Below are positions 51,114 through 64,000 of a DNA stretch of 64,000 nt, one piece after another. Numbering within the stretch: the stretch's first letter is position 1; each line of letters starts with the position of its first letter. Below the pieces are notes generated by a model. The model was not told the DNA's origin and made no database searches. It worked only from the letters and a program-made list of their open reading frames with translations. The stretch comes from Haliotis cracherodii (Eukaryota). A program made the translations under genes and the position numbers. Where the stretch lies: positions 27,156,001-27,220,000 of the forward strand of contig NW_027266269.1 in NCBI RefSeq assembly GCF_022045235.1. Reading direction: 5' to 3'.

Positions 51114-51519
51114 GTCAACTTCTTTATTATGAGGAACGGGGGCACGGGTGGCCCAGTCGTCTAAGGCGCCGCGATTCCCTGTGCAGAGTTGCGTCCCTTG
51201 GGCACGCCAGAAACCTATGATTGTGGGTTCGAGTCCCGGTTCGCCCCGATTATGTTTCAAGGTTTGTCAGCACCAATCCCGTGCTCGTGGGTTTCACCGA
51301 AGTTGTAAACGTCTGAAACCTGCATCACTTCGGGCTTTCCTCCCACATTAAGCTGACACGCCGCGATATAACTGGAATGCTGTTAAAAGCGGCGTTAAAC
51401 CCAACTCACTCACTATCATGAGAAACACACCGTTTCCGAGTATATGCTAACTCCTCCATCAGGCGAAGGAGTAAGAAAATACTCCGAAACGCTACGATCC
51501 TCATAATAAAGAAGTTGAC
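51114..51519. mobile_element. Inverted pair of Penelope-like pseudo-LTRs with decayed hammerhead core, interrupted by a SINE
   Basis: 22-bp perfect inverted repeat GTCAACTTCTTTATTATGAGGA (51114-51135 / 51498-51519) containing AATAAA; inner arms read CTGATGGAGGAGT...ACTCGGAAACG (-) and GAAGGAGT...ACTCCGAAACG (+). Confidence 0.7.
51138..51413 (+). mobile_element. SINE family 2 copy, full length
   Basis: Complete head to (ACTC)n tail; imperfect TSD tatgaggaac/catgagaaac. Confidence 0.92.
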
Positions 51520-52263
51520 ATCCAAACAAAAATGTCTTTCAAAAGAGTTGACAACCATTTTTCTGATATTGAGTCTTACAACCATTCATCAGAACCTTCC
51601 AGCTTTCAGGTGCACGATGCCATTCACTTACAGTTGATATGTTGGTAACGTATATTTATAGTAGTAGCCAAGAGGTGTGCCTCAAGCTGCAGTGAGGACC
51701 TAGATATTCTTGGAGCCTGGGAGTGGACTGTATTTGACTGATTGCTTGGAGGTCTTGTCACAAGAATAGTCTTCGTATGCAGCAGAACCGACCAGTTTAG
51801 ATTAATGTGATGTATTTATGTATGGAAACCTGTCAGGGTAAATTTGACCAAGCAACATTGCATCAATCAGTCGGATATCAACTGTCCAAATTACGGCATA
51901 GCGGAAAGCGAACAATCGACACAATTGTCAGTGCCTTCACCAAGCTTAAGAGTCTTGGTATAAGCAGGTGATATCAATTTTATTCAACTTGTATGCATTC
52001 CGTTTATACTTCAGTCAGTATGCCTATCATCCATGAGGCCCTACTTCCGGCTGATTGACATCTTTTAACATTGATGAACTTTTAAAAGCACCAGTTTACT
52101 GATATTGAACCATACAATCATTCATTAGAATCTTTCTAGCTTACAGGTGCGCCATGCTGATAATTATACATTCACATATGCTATTTCCAGGCCATATATG
52201 GGCATCACTCAGTCAGTTTTAGCCATTCTTTGAATCAACCCTTCCCCGAGTCCTGGTAAATGA

Positions 52264-52433
52264 GGGGCGGTCGGGTAGCCTAGTGGTTAAAGCGTTCGTT
52301 CGTCACGCCGAAGACCCGGGTTCGATTCCCGACATGGAAACAATGTGTGAAGCCCATTTCTGGTGTCCCCCGCCGTGATATTGCTGGAATATTGCTAAAA
52401 GCGGCGTGAAACCATACTCACTCACTCACTCAC
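52264..52433 (+). mobile_element. SINE family 1 copy, full length
   Basis: tRNA-Asp-like head GTCACGCCGAAGACCCGGGTTCGATTCCC; TSD TCCTG(G/C)TAAATGA. Confidence 0.93.
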
Positions 52434-53168
52434 TCCTGCTAAATGATGGAGTTTCTGGCCACAATACGCGAATAACGTTAATACGCGTACGTAAATAACG
52501 CCCACACTGCACTATACACTAGAACATGAATACACAATTCCCTCGAGGATACTACATTACGTGCTAACATTGAACGACACGGTACTAGTATATCCCTCTG
52601 AAACCAGATTCGCCATTCAGGCTATTGATGCACAGACATCATGTGAAGATAAGGTGAGCCATCATCAGTAAGGTATGAGATCATTGCTGTCTCGAAACTT
52701 TGATTAAATTTCAGATGGTTTTATAAACAGAAGAGAGTTTTACACAGAAAAGAGACGCTAATACGACATGTGAAATATCTTTGCGGAGGAAATCAAGAAG
52801 GCGATTCAAACACACTGCTTGTAGATATTGTGACAACAGGAAGTGAGAGGGGATGTAGCGTTTAGGTTTAACTCTCCAGCTATATCACACCAGGGAACAC
52901 AGCGAATGGGATTTGCACATCGTGACATGTATGGTTAATTTTTACATTAAATTCCCATAGATAGCATCTTGTACATTGTCACGACGTTTTAGGGCTATAT
53001 CATGAAGGGGTGAGACGTAGACCTGTAACGTCGCCACAAACCATGAAGAAGTTGTCATCCAGGAAGGTTTCATGTCACCAAATGATGCCAACTTCTAAAC
53101 GCCTTTCAGAGATTTGACGTTTGGAGTAGATGCTGTCTACACAGCATCCAGGCTTTCACACATCCAGA

Positions 53169-53556
53169 GACCGCCTCCGTGGTCTAATGGTAGAGCGTCC
53201 GCTCGGAGCGCGGAAGGTCCGGGGTTCGATCCCCGGCCGGGTCATACCAGAGGACGTTAAAAGATGGTACGGCCGCGTCATACCAAAATACACTGAAAGA
53301 TGGTACTTGTTGTTACCCTGCCTGGCGCTCGGCATTAAGGAGCTAAAACAAGGACTGGTCGGCTCGGAGTCAGTATAATGTGTCTGAGTGGGGTATTTAT
53401 ATTCAACCGCGGCATGGTATCTCAGTGGGCTAGCACTGTAAATCGGCATCAGTCCGGTCTAGTACAAGCAGCCACACAAACACACACAGGTACATGCACG
53501 TCGCTATATAAGTGCAATAATCTTGGACGCGACGTTAAACCCCATTTCACCTCACC
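53169..53556 (+). mobile_element. SINE family 3 copy with ~35-bp internal tandem duplication
   Basis: ggccg.gtcatacca...aaagatggtac occurs twice in 53235-53306. Confidence 0.92.
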
Positions 53557-54869
53557 GCTATGAGAACGCGGATTTGTCAAGAATCAACCACTAGTTATTG
53601 GTAATATGTATATTAATTTTTCACGATAATGAAATCTCAGGATGGAGTGTGAAACTGAATTGGATTTCAACATAACTTCTTGGCTTCGGAACAAAGAGCA
53701 CGACTATTTCTATTCCTCCACTATTCGCAAGGATATTGATCGCAAAATATGATGAATAGCACTGATCTTGACGTAAACAACGTTTATTTTTTCACAGGAC
53801 AATACGCCAGATGCGTCTATAAGACTGGAGAGCATCCAAGCAGCGCAAGTACCTAGCCCAAGTAGTTCTGGAATGGTATGATTAAGGCACCCTTCTCTGC
53901 TGAAGGTACTTGTAGCGTGTCACACATGCAAAGTGAGCATCTCGAATAAAGTAGGGCTGTGTTAGCATGACAAAGAGTGAGTGAGTGAATATGGTTTTAC
54001 GCCGCTTTTAGCAATATTCCAGCAATATAATCATTCCTCGGTTTCTTGCAAGATATTGAAACAGTCTTGATTATATGTGACATTTGCTTAACAAAATATT
54101 TGAACATTGTCATGTCCCGAGAAAACATAATGACTAAACACTTCTCCTCCTTCTAACGTGTAAACATTCGCTTATAAAAACAATTTACAAAAATAACTTT
54201 TCGCTTAATTGGTGTGTCGATACAATTAAATTGGGTTTAGTTTTTAAAGCAACCAGTGCCCTAATTGAAACACAAATCCCTTGCAACTGTCACATTAATC
54301 CGGGAGATTACACGTGTCTTGCCTTCTCTCCTTACACAAGCTGGAGTGATATATAAAGGACATTTTATGTACTTTGTAATTTCAATTAGCAGCAGTAGAT
54401 TTGTGGGTTGATTTGAGTACCTGATTAAGGACGATGACAATGTACTTTAGGGTCGCATCGTTGGATTAAATGTGTTCTACTTCTAATGTGGATTACTGAG
54501 TATACTTTATTCATGTAAATTGACGGCGATCAAAGAACATGCCGCCATTTTTACAACAGTATTGTTGCTGCAAGATATTGAACAGGGAGTAAGTGACAAC
54601 ATCAGGTTATGCAAATAAATTGAATGTGTCGTGAACTTCCAAGTCACAATAACAATGACACGGTATGTTTTGTGTCATAGCAAGAACCTACATTTATGTC
54701 CATGAATACACAGATTCATTGTAATGTTGCTGATAAAAGCCCAACAGATCACAGATATGAATCAATACTCACTTGATTAAAGAATCAAGATATAAATTTA
54801 CATGATGTATGCCACTAGAACAGCTATCTCGTTTTTAGGTTTGATCTCATCAATCAACAACTGAGTGTC

Positions 54870-55410
54870 TGGGTAATCGTCTATCCAGATAGGAATCGGC
54901 ATGTGATTCAGAATTTCTGCTCAGATTGGCAAAGTCAATACAAGGTAATTTGGCCAAGACGTTTAACATAAGCTTCAAGTATATCGATGATCTGATATCG
55001 TTCAATAAGCACCAAATTTCAGTAACTGTTCCTTTCCACTGATTTACCCATCTGAACTAGAAATCAGTCCGGTGAGATTTATTTACCTGTTTGACATTTA
55101 GATCTATACATAAAGATTCTGAGTGACAAAACTCTTCACCAGACAGTATGACAAAAGGGATGACTTCAACTTTCCAATAGTCAACTTTCCTTTTATGTCA
55201 AGCAATATTTCAGCACTTCCAGCCTTTTGATGTCTACATTTCACATCTTTTGAGGTACAATCGAGCATACTCGTTCTACCAAGATTTCATACAACTCTTG
55301 CTCGGAAGTTGTTTGATCAAGGTTACAATATTCAAGGCCTCAGTAAAGCTTTCAAAACATTTTATGGTAGACATGATTGTCAAGAACGTGTTTTTCAGTC
55401 GACGCTTTGC
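54870..55410 (+). mobile_element. Degenerate Penelope-like RT core and thumb fragment
   Basis: FKYIDDLISFN (RT catalytic YIDD), YPSELEI, YDKRDDFNFPIVNFPFMSSNI and QGY...SKAFKTFYGRH. Confidence 0.85.
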
Positions 55411-56347
55411 TTGCCTTTGCGTGTGTTTTGTGACGGGTCTTATCGGTGGGGCAGGATACGATCACCTTTTTTGCGAACACCTGTATCATCACTATTTGAT
55501 AGTGGTTCCTAAACACATGCTCATGATCATGATATTGTCGGAATCGTACAATCGGCAGAAATTTCTTATCAATAGGGAAAGGGTTTTGTCTCTGTTATTT
55601 ACAGTATCAGGGTGTCGGGATCTTGCTATCTGATGATTTGGAACCACATGGTTCCATGGTAACGGTAGACGACAATCTGCCTACACTCAGCTTCCCTCAA
55701 CTGAAACAATCTTGTCTTACTCCTGACTGTGATTTGAAACATACAAAACGTATGAATAGGGAATCAGATCAGATTGCTTCCTGTAACTGTAGAGAAGCAA
55801 CTCGTGTATCATAACCGTGGCTCCACCTGTTAGGCCCAGACGGCGGACACGCTAAACTTATTGTCCTTTAGCATCTATCACTTATAAACCATTATCTTCC
55901 AGACGGAACCTGCTGCAACATTGACGCATTGCTTTCATCGTTGGTTTCGTTGATGTGTTTGGACAGACACTGTTATCACTCGTCTGTAGCCTCTTTACTC
56001 CAATCAGTGCCGATTCTCCGTTGATGTCCCAGACAATGGAAACTACTACACGCTCATCCAAATAACTGGTCGAGCGTCTGTGCATGAACATAAACGGGTA
56101 ATGCAACAATATATACACATGTCTGACAATAACACACACGAACATCAACAATGAACATACCATTCCAGACATTGAGTTACATTTGGAAAACCGATAACTA
56201 AATATAACAAGTTTAAGAGATCATATATTTCCGAAATAGTCTGACCAAATCTAGATATTGTATTAAATGATGTAGAGGTTTCTCCTTTTACAGTATGGAC
56301 GTGTTTTCTCGTGGAGTTTATACGCAGAAATCAAGTATTATATATCC

Positions 56348-56850
56348 GTGTGGTAATATGAAGGTGCCATCCCTGTGGCTAGTTTTGTCGTAATGTAGTA
56401 ACGTTGTCGCAGTGTTTAGTGCAGGCATTGATATCAACAGTCTGAGCACTATCAGTTAAACATGATCGATGTCTACCGGACACAACGTTTGACAGCAGAA
56501 TCGGTGTGTTTATGTCCACGAGGCGCAATCTGTGATAACAGAACCAGTCAATGTGTGTTCACGTCCAACTATATAATGTCAGTGTGGTAATATAAAGCAG
56601 CCTTCCCTGTGACTAGATTTGTCGTAATGTAGTAACGTACTCGCAGTGCTCAGTGCAGGCATTGATATTTACAGTCTGAGCACCATCAGTTAAGCATGAT
56701 CGATGTCTACCGTACACTACGTTTGACAGCAGAATCAGTGTGTTTATGTCCACAAGGCGCAATCTGTGACAACAGATTCGGTCAATGTGGACATGTCCAA
56801 CTATATAATGTCAGTGTGGTAATGTAATGGTGCCCCCACTGTGGCTAAAG
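56348..56850 (+). repeat. Tandem repeat, ~233 bp x ~2.2
   Basis: gtgtggtaat...c.ctgtg.cta at 56348, 56582 and 56814. Confidence 0.92.
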
Positions 56851-57174
56851 TCTGATAGTCTTGTGGTCATATTCCAGAGATTGTGTAACATTTGGAAAAC
56901 CCAATAGAAGAGAAATAAATGTTACACGTTTTACAGGTCTGGATTTACCAATGGTATTGGGGTTTTTCTTGTGCCCGTTTTCATATGGTGTCTTTATTTC
57001 TTGTAGCATTATAAGCAGACTCCAGGTATTTTATATCAATGTGATAATGTGGCGGTCACATACTCCAGCTGCTTAGTGCTGACAGGATTTGTGAGCAGCC
57101 TTGTTATGATTTGAAGTATGCTTCCCTCTCCCTGGAGCAGCCACGGAGTCCTGGGGCTGATTCATGTGCCAATA

Positions 57175-58157
57175 TAACTAGTGTGTTCATATCTACCAGA
57201 CACTACCTGAGACAAAATAGCTGGTGTGTTCATATCTATCAGACACTACCTGAGACAACATAGCTAGTGTGTTCATATCTATCAGACACTGCCTGACACA
57301 CCATAGCTAGTGTGTCCATATCTACCAGACACTACCTGAGACAAGATAGCTGGTGTGTTCATATCTACCAGACACTACCTGAGACAAGATAGCTGGTGTG
57401 TTCATATCTACCAGACACTGTCTGAGACAACATAGCTGGTGTGTTCATATCTACCTGACACTACCTGAGACAACATAGCTTGTATGTTCATATCTACCAG
57501 ACACTGTCTGAGACAACATAGCTTGTGTGCCCATATCTACTAGACACTACTTGTGACAACATAGCTTGTGTATTCTTATCTACAAGACACTGCCTGAGAC
57601 AACATAGCTAGTGTGTCCATATCTACCAGACACTACCTGAGACAATATAGCTAGTGTGTTCATATCTATCAGACACTACCTGAGACAACATAGCTGGTGT
57701 GTTCATATCTACCAGACACTACCTGAGGCAACATAGCTTGTGTGTTCATATCTATCAGACACTACCTGAGACAACATAGCTAGTGTGCCCATATCTACCA
57801 GACACTACGTGTGACAACATAGCTGGTGTGTTCATATCTACCACACTCTGCCCGAGACACCATAGCTAGTGTGTTCATATCTACCAGACACTGCCTGACA
57901 CAACATAGCTTGTGTGTCCATATCTACCAGACACTACCTGACACAACATAGCTAGTGTGTCCATATCTACCAGACACTGACCAGACACCAGACACCAGAC
58001 ACCAGACCAGACACTATTTGTGACAACATAGCTGGTGTGTTTATATCTACCAGACACTGCCTGAGACAACATAGCTGGTGTGTTCATATCTACCTGACAC
58101 TACCTGAGACAACATAGCTGGTGTGTTCATATCTACCAGACACTGCCTGTGACAACA
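57175..58157 (+). repeat. 43-bp minisatellite, ~22 copies
   Basis: Unit GTGTGTTCATATCTACCAGACACTACCTGAGACAACATAGCT(A/G/T); a local (CCAGACA)n stutter sits at ~57980-58015. Confidence 0.97.
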
Positions 58158-58659
58158 GTTTGAGTATGCGATAATCCAAATAAACCTCTAGATGTTACTA
58201 AACTCGAAGACTTGCGTTAACGATACATTGCATTTGATTGTAAACACGATTCTAATAAAGCGCTCTCACTGTACCCTTGATGACACCTTTATGTGTTGAC
58301 ATGTCTTTGATCTATTCGGCCTGTAAAGGGTTAAGACAAGTAAGACAAGTACGAGATAATCGATTACACTATCATGAAGAGGAAATTTGAGCATTTTTTT
58401 ACAAGGCCTCTAGGAGGCGCCTTCAGGAAGTGCTCAGTAATGCTATGGAGCATGGTTATGTTTCATCTCACACCGATGGTGATAAGTAAGCTTGACGTAC
58501 ATATCCTTAGTTCCCATTGTATAGGGCCATAGCTGTGAGACGGCATTATATTCTTCTGAAATTTGCTTTTGAGTTGAATCAAATTGTAGACTGAAACTGT
58601 CATCGACGCGATATATAACAGTAACCTCCACTGGGATAACGGTAAAGGATGATGACAAA

Positions 58660-59016
58660 GGTGAGGTGAGGTGAAATGGGGTTTAACGTCACGTCCAAGA
58701 TTATTGCACTTATATAGCGACGTGCATGTACCTGTGTGTGTTTGTGTGGCTGCTTGTACAAGTCCGGACTGATGCCAATTAATAGTGCCAGCTCACTGAG
58801 ATACAATGCCGCAGTTTAACATGAATACTACACTCAGACACAGTATATTGACTCCGAGCCGACCAGTCCTTGTTTTAGCCCCTTAATGCCGAGCGTCAGA
58901 CAGGGTAACAACAAGTACCATCTTTTAACGTCTTTTGGTATGACGCGGTCGGGGATCGAACCCCGGACCTTCCGCTCTCCTGGCGGACGCTCTACCACTA
59001 GACCACGGAGGCGGTC
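58660..59016 (-). mobile_element. SINE family 3 copy, full length
   Basis: Reverse complement of 43822-44176. Confidence 0.92.
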
Positions 59017-59356
59017 AAAGACCAGTGTAGCCTACTGGTACATACAGCTATAACTCTGGCAAACCAAAACGCCACACTTCGATAAAACCGTGGTCCTGAA
59101 GAACATCGTCGACATCCTAGCAACCAGGACTTATGGTTCGACTTTTTCAATTTGTTTGAATAAGATAATCATATTAGTAGAACATACATGTATGTCATTT
59201 GGCATTTATCACCACCAACGTAAACTTAGGTCAACATTTGACACCAAAATGAGTGGGGGAAAATTGAGGTTGTGAGATCTGTGCTGTCTGTCCACTGTTA
59301 CCATTTGAGTGATCTGAGGGAAAGTGGCCGACTGATATCTTGATATCAGCTAATTA

Positions 59357-59530
59357 CAGTAAACTACGGTTATAACGAACACGAAGGGACCAATAAATGT
59401 AGTTCGTTATAACCGTAGTTCGTAATAAGCATATGTATAGCATTTATACAACAAATGGTTTGGACTAAAAATGAGTTCGTTATATCGGTCAGTTCGTTAT
59501 AAGCGTGTTCGTTATACACGTAGTTTACTG
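59357..59530. mobile_element. Tc1/mariner-superfamily (pogo/Tigger-like) MITE
   Basis: TIR CAGTAAACTACG.TTATAACGAAC, TA on both flanks, internal TATAACGAAC repeats. Confidence 0.92.
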
Positions 59531-59621
59531 TAAAACACAGAGACGGTTATCTGGTGAGGCAGTTGAAGGATGTACAGGTTGTCGATGAACATGTCACATG
59601 GCATTCACTCTTAAGCAACAC

Positions 59622-59843
59622 AGACAGCCTCCGTGGTTCGATCCCCGGTCGCGTCATACCAAAAGACGTTAAAAGATGGTACTTGTTGTTACCCTGTCTG
59701 GCGCTCGGCATTAAGGGGCTAAAACAAGGACTGGTCGGCTCGGAGTCAGTATTCTGTGTCTGAGTGGGGTATTCATGTTAAACTGCGGCATGGTATCTCA
59801 GTGAGCTAGACACTATAAATCGGCATCAGTCCGGACTAGTACA

Positions 59844-59900
<57 letters not shown>

Positions 59901-59962
59901 ATGCACGTCGCTATATAAGTGCAATACTCTTGGACGCGACGTTAAACCCAATTTCACCTCAC
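59622..59962 (+). mobile_element. SINE family 3 copy with head deletion and internal (CA)n microsatellite
   Basis: TSD CTTAAGCAACAC at 59610-59621 and 59963-59974; (CA)n at ~59846-59896. Confidence 0.92.
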
Positions 59963-61042
59963 CTTAAGCAACACTATATTGTTGATTTGTGTGTGGGGGT
60001 ATAGCGGTGGGTATACACCATCAGAGAATTGCGACAATCAGTTTTATTCTGAAGAAAAAGTAATCACAATCGGAACACAATTCTCCGCTAGGACACGCAA
60101 GGCTATGTTGCGGAGATCACTTCCTCAACTTGAAATGGCATGGGTGCTGTGGTACAGTCTGGGACTATTCACACTCCCACATCGTGCTTCAGGCCTCCGC
60201 TTTCTATCATTTGACGGAAGTCAAATCCATTTAGATGCCTGTATTTCTGTACCACCTACAATAACATACATTTGACTTGAAAGCAGACAGACATACTGGC
60301 AGACAGAAGCTAATGGGAACAAATATAATGTGAATTATTTTCTGACTGAACCTACCTCGCCAACAGCTATTCCTTTCAATTGTTAGATTTACAGGATGAA
60401 TGTGTGACCACAGGCCCATCAATCTCATTAAAGTCTAATCGTAGTGTTCGCTACCGCTTCACAAACATGAGGACATCACCAGGGTCATATTACCATCTGT
60501 AAAATCTTCGTGGACAGAGCATACTCAATGGTACTCCACAGCATGTCACTTGAAAACACCCAAGACGTGAGCTGCTGGAATATTGCTCGACATACAGGGA
60601 CTATTGGAGGTTGAAGTCATCCCTCGTATCATACATTATTGTGGATATGTGTTTGTCCAACTGAATCTTTGTGTATAGCTCTAAGTATGAAACAGCTAAG
60701 GCGTCCTATGACTAGCTTAGTCAGCTCCTTTTCCGAGTACCGGAAGCTAAACACACCACCCCCAGTAACTCCTGTTTCTGATTCACGTGGGTAACTGAAT
60801 GGAAGGGAGTTGGTTGTTTTACCATCATTGAATGTTCAGCATGGAAGGTCAATTCCCTCAAAATCAGCTTCCAAAATAATAACTACTGAAGTGTAACTCT
60901 CAACTGTGAGGTATGTGTTCGTCCATTGTCGTTCTTCATAATACAACCATGTCTTTATATCTGATTGGGGGATGTCAAACCAAATTGCGATTCCTCAATG
61001 AATCCGTGATTCTTAAGAACAACATCGACTTTCTAATAACCA

Positions 61043-61318
61043 GGGGCACGGGTGGCCCAGTCGTCTAAGGCGCCGCGATTTGCTGTGCAGAGTTGCGTCC
61101 CTTGGGCACGCCAGAAACCTATGATTGTGGGTTCGAATCCCAGATCGCCCCGATGATGTTTCTAGGTTCGTCAGCACCATACCCGTGCTCGTGGGTTTCA
61201 CGGAAGTGGTAAACGTCTGAGAGTTGCATCTCTTCGGGCTTCCTCCAACATTAAGCTGACACGCCGCGATATAGCTAATACTGTTAAAAGCGGCGTTAAA
61301 CCCAACTCACTCACTCAC
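61043..61318 (+). mobile_element. SINE family 2 copy, full length
   Basis: Matches 51138-51413 end to end. Confidence 0.92.
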
Positions 61319-62183
61319 TTGCACTAATGGTATACACGTGTAATAAAAGGTTATTTTGTACTGATGTGCATAGCATCAGGATTTGGGAATATGTACATCA
61401 TTCACATTCACACACATTCTCAAAATCATTTGATCTGGCGAATCCGTTTGGTGATAAGAGAATGGATTAACAACTTGAAGACATTCTATTTGAATTAATA
61501 TTAACCCTGACAAGAAGAGGTTCATTTCGTCTTAAAGATATGCCTATCCAATCCTAAAAGTACAAATATTATAACTTCATTTTGTGATAAATTAATATAG
61601 CAGGTGATTATAAATCAGGTTTCATAACGTGGCCTAAACGTAGATGCAACCTCACACTTGACTTGGATCGTATATTGGTCGTACATAGTCTACTGTTGAC
61701 AATTCATGTGTCCGTAGTGGTCAATGAAGCCGATTTGTGAAGATGATTTATGGCCAATATCGTCTGTGTAGGTCGATATGACAAGGCTACATCTCCACTT
61801 ATCAAGCAGCCAGACACGTAACGTAGACACCCAGCACATACCACTGTCACATTGATCTGAGGATTAGAGTGTAACACGAAAACACTTTCTCTCCTTCTGT
61901 CCTTGTTCAAACAAGAGTGATATATGACTAAAATGTAGTTAGTTTACTGTGTGTCCTAAGTAGACTACAGCAGACCTGTGGGTTATCACAGCACCTGATT
62001 AAGGGCGAGGAGTACGAGTAAGTACTTGGGGAGATGAATAGGGATGACAGAGTATAGGTTCTTTTCAATCATTTGTCAAAGCTGTCGTGACACAATAATT
62101 ATCAATTCAGCATCACAAACGTACTCATGTACAGGATAATGATCTGGTAGCAAGTCATTACATCGACTTTGTTGTATGAATGT

Positions 62184-62450
62184 TGGTTGGTTGGTTTGAT
62201 GTTTAACGCCGCACTCAGCAATATTCAAGCTATATGACGGCGGTCTGTAAATAATCGAGTCTGGAACAGACAATCTAGTGATTGATATCATGAGCATCGA
62301 TCCACGCAATTGGGATCGATGACATGCATCAACCAAGTCAGCGAGCCTGACCACCCGATCCCGTCTGTCGCCTTTTACGACAAGCATAGTCGCCTTTTAC
62401 GGCAAGCATGGATTGCTGAAGACCTATTCTACCCCGGATCTTCAAGGGTC
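62184..62450 (-). mobile_element. SINE-like family 4 copy
   Basis: TSD TTGTATGAATGT at 62172-62183 and 62451-62462. Confidence 0.92.
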
Positions 62451-62809
62451 TTGTATGAATGTCATTTAAATATGTCATCGACCCCTAACAAGTTGATATT
62501 ATTCATCAGTGAGTTGACACAGATGATGTTGACACAGTATCGGTAATGCATATTTACAAGAGCAAACGATCAATAAACATTTAAGTGAAGCGTCTTCAAC
62601 ATTATCGAAGAGGTAAAACAATCCACCTGTTGCCTGCAAGACTTAACGTAAGTGCTCATCCTACAGAACTAAACTTATTTCGGCATCTTTTTTTTTGAGT
62701 GAGTGTATTGGTTTGGTTAACGCTGCTTTGTGCAGTATTTCACGTAATGTGAGATTAATGCGGGGAAAAGCCTGATGTGGCCTTGGCAGGTTTTCGCCAT
62801 TTACAACTA

Positions 62810-62984
62810 CAGTAAACTACGGTTATAACGAACACGCTTATAACGAACTGACGGATATAACGAACTACTTTTTTGGTCCCGACTATTTGCTGTAGTTATG
62901 CTGTATATATGCTTATAACGAACTACGGTTAAAACGAACTAAAATTAGTAGTCCCTTTGAGTTCGTTATAACCGTACTTTACTG
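62810..62984. mobile_element. MITE, same family as 59357-59530
   Basis: TA-CAGTAAACTACGG...TTTACTG-TA; inserted into a decayed family-2 SINE (~62695-63070). Confidence 0.92.
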
Positions 62985-63120
62985 TATCCAGATTGTGACG
63001 AGCACAACTTGACGAAACCGTAAAGCTTAACTGGGTCGAATGGAACCAATGATCAAACGTTTCTGGTACGCCAGTAGAGACATAACATCTCACCTGAAGT
63101 TACATGTCAAGATATAATTA

Positions 63121-63299
63121 CAGTAAACTACGTTTATAACGAACACGCTTATAACGAACTGACGGATATAACGAACTTACTTTTTGGTCCCGACTATTTG
63201 CTATGGTTATGCTGTATATATACTTATAACGAACTACGGTTATAACGAACTAAAATATATACGTGGTCCCTTTGAGTTCGTTATAACCGTAGTTTACTG
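63121..63299. mobile_element. MITE, same family as 59357-59530
   Basis: TA-CAGTAAACTACG...CGTAGTTTACTG-TA. Confidence 0.92.
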
Positions 63300-64000
63300 T
63301 ACTGTTCCTGACAGGTAAATTATTTGACATGTTAAAAGCTGACGGAAGGTAAGAGTTTTCCGATGATTTAAGAATATAATATATAGCAGATGCTATGTCA
63401 TCGGGTGATAAATCACAGAGATACTTTGGAAACCGTCGTTTGACTATTTTACAGAGGAGACAGAATTAAATTGCAGTCTCTAGTGTTGATTGAAATATCA
63501 TATTTCGATTCCTTGTATTATCATTGCTGCTTTTAAATTTTAGTTTATCTTTTAAGTTTAACCGTGCATTCACCTGACAGGCATACATTTAGAATGGTAT
63601 GATAATGCCATTGTGACCGAAGGAGGGCGATGTACGTCATCGTGCATGCCGTCACACAGTACCTAATGCATTGTACAATACTGACGATTGAATCATTGTT
63701 ATTGATAACCTTTTTTTATCAAACAGGATTTCTATATTCTGTACTAGAATTGGTTAACATGAGGATCGACTAAAAAGCGATAAGCGAAGTTTATATATCA
63801 GAGGAGATAGCAGAGAACTATGCTTCAGTATGTATAAATCGTACTTGTTATCTGAAGCTTCAGTTACACAGTGAGAAAGATGCTCTAGTTTCCTAACACA
63901 TATAGAACTGTCCAAAACAAAAATGGGGTACAATATGAGCGATCGGAGGCGGCTAACACTACGTTAACATAATATTGTGTAGGAAGGTCAACCCGTGTTC

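Larger units (their letters stand above)
49900..52200 (-). mobile_element. Highly degenerate I-group LINE RT/RNase H remnants (two partial copies)
   Basis: 50570-50730 and 51860-52020 are paralogous; minus-strand scraps NTVHSQAPRI and DSL..SWIAKH resemble 'LD.IQ..ALRI' and RNase H 'DSLS...WIPSH'. Confidence 0.4.

Noticed and set aside
52264-52340. tRNA-Asp gene (and other tRNA-like heads)
   Set aside because: No complete cloverleaf; each continues into a SINE body and tail with a TSD.
55882-56172. 96-aa minus-strand ORF and other short ORFs in 46-64 kb as host exons
   Set aside because: No recognisable domain or consistent splice framework; a host gene with small exons cannot be excluded without RNA data.
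57175-58157. CRISPR-like array
   Set aside because: Contiguous tandem units without unique spacers, eukaryotic context, no cas genes.

Overview
Eukaryotic, AT-rich, repeat-dominated DNA with no intact host protein-coding gene that I can support. The SINE complement suggests a mollusc, possibly an abalone-like gastropod (inference). Bases 1-~41,400 form a four-unit inverted segmental array: A (1-~13,000, +), B (~13,100-19,790, +), C (~19,950-26,760, -) and E (~27,950-41,430, -), with the symmetry centre near 19.8-20 kb. The units are largely built from decayed Tc1, Penelope-like and SINE fragments, and each copy has picked up its own younger insertions. The copies differ by many substitutions and indels, yet all four share one 80-bp block that is identical base for base and lies in an exon-like segment. 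This is the strongest unexplained signal: a candidate functional element of a non-coding (lncRNA, piRNA-precursor or hairpin-RNA) locus. Bases ~41,400-64,000 are ordinary TE-rich intergenic or intronic DNA. They hold four SINE-like families, Penelope-like RT remnants, an inverted pseudo-LTR with a decayed hammerhead core, three copies of a TA-flanked MITE and several tandem repeats. All alignments were done by eye, so the boundaries of degenerate features are approximate.
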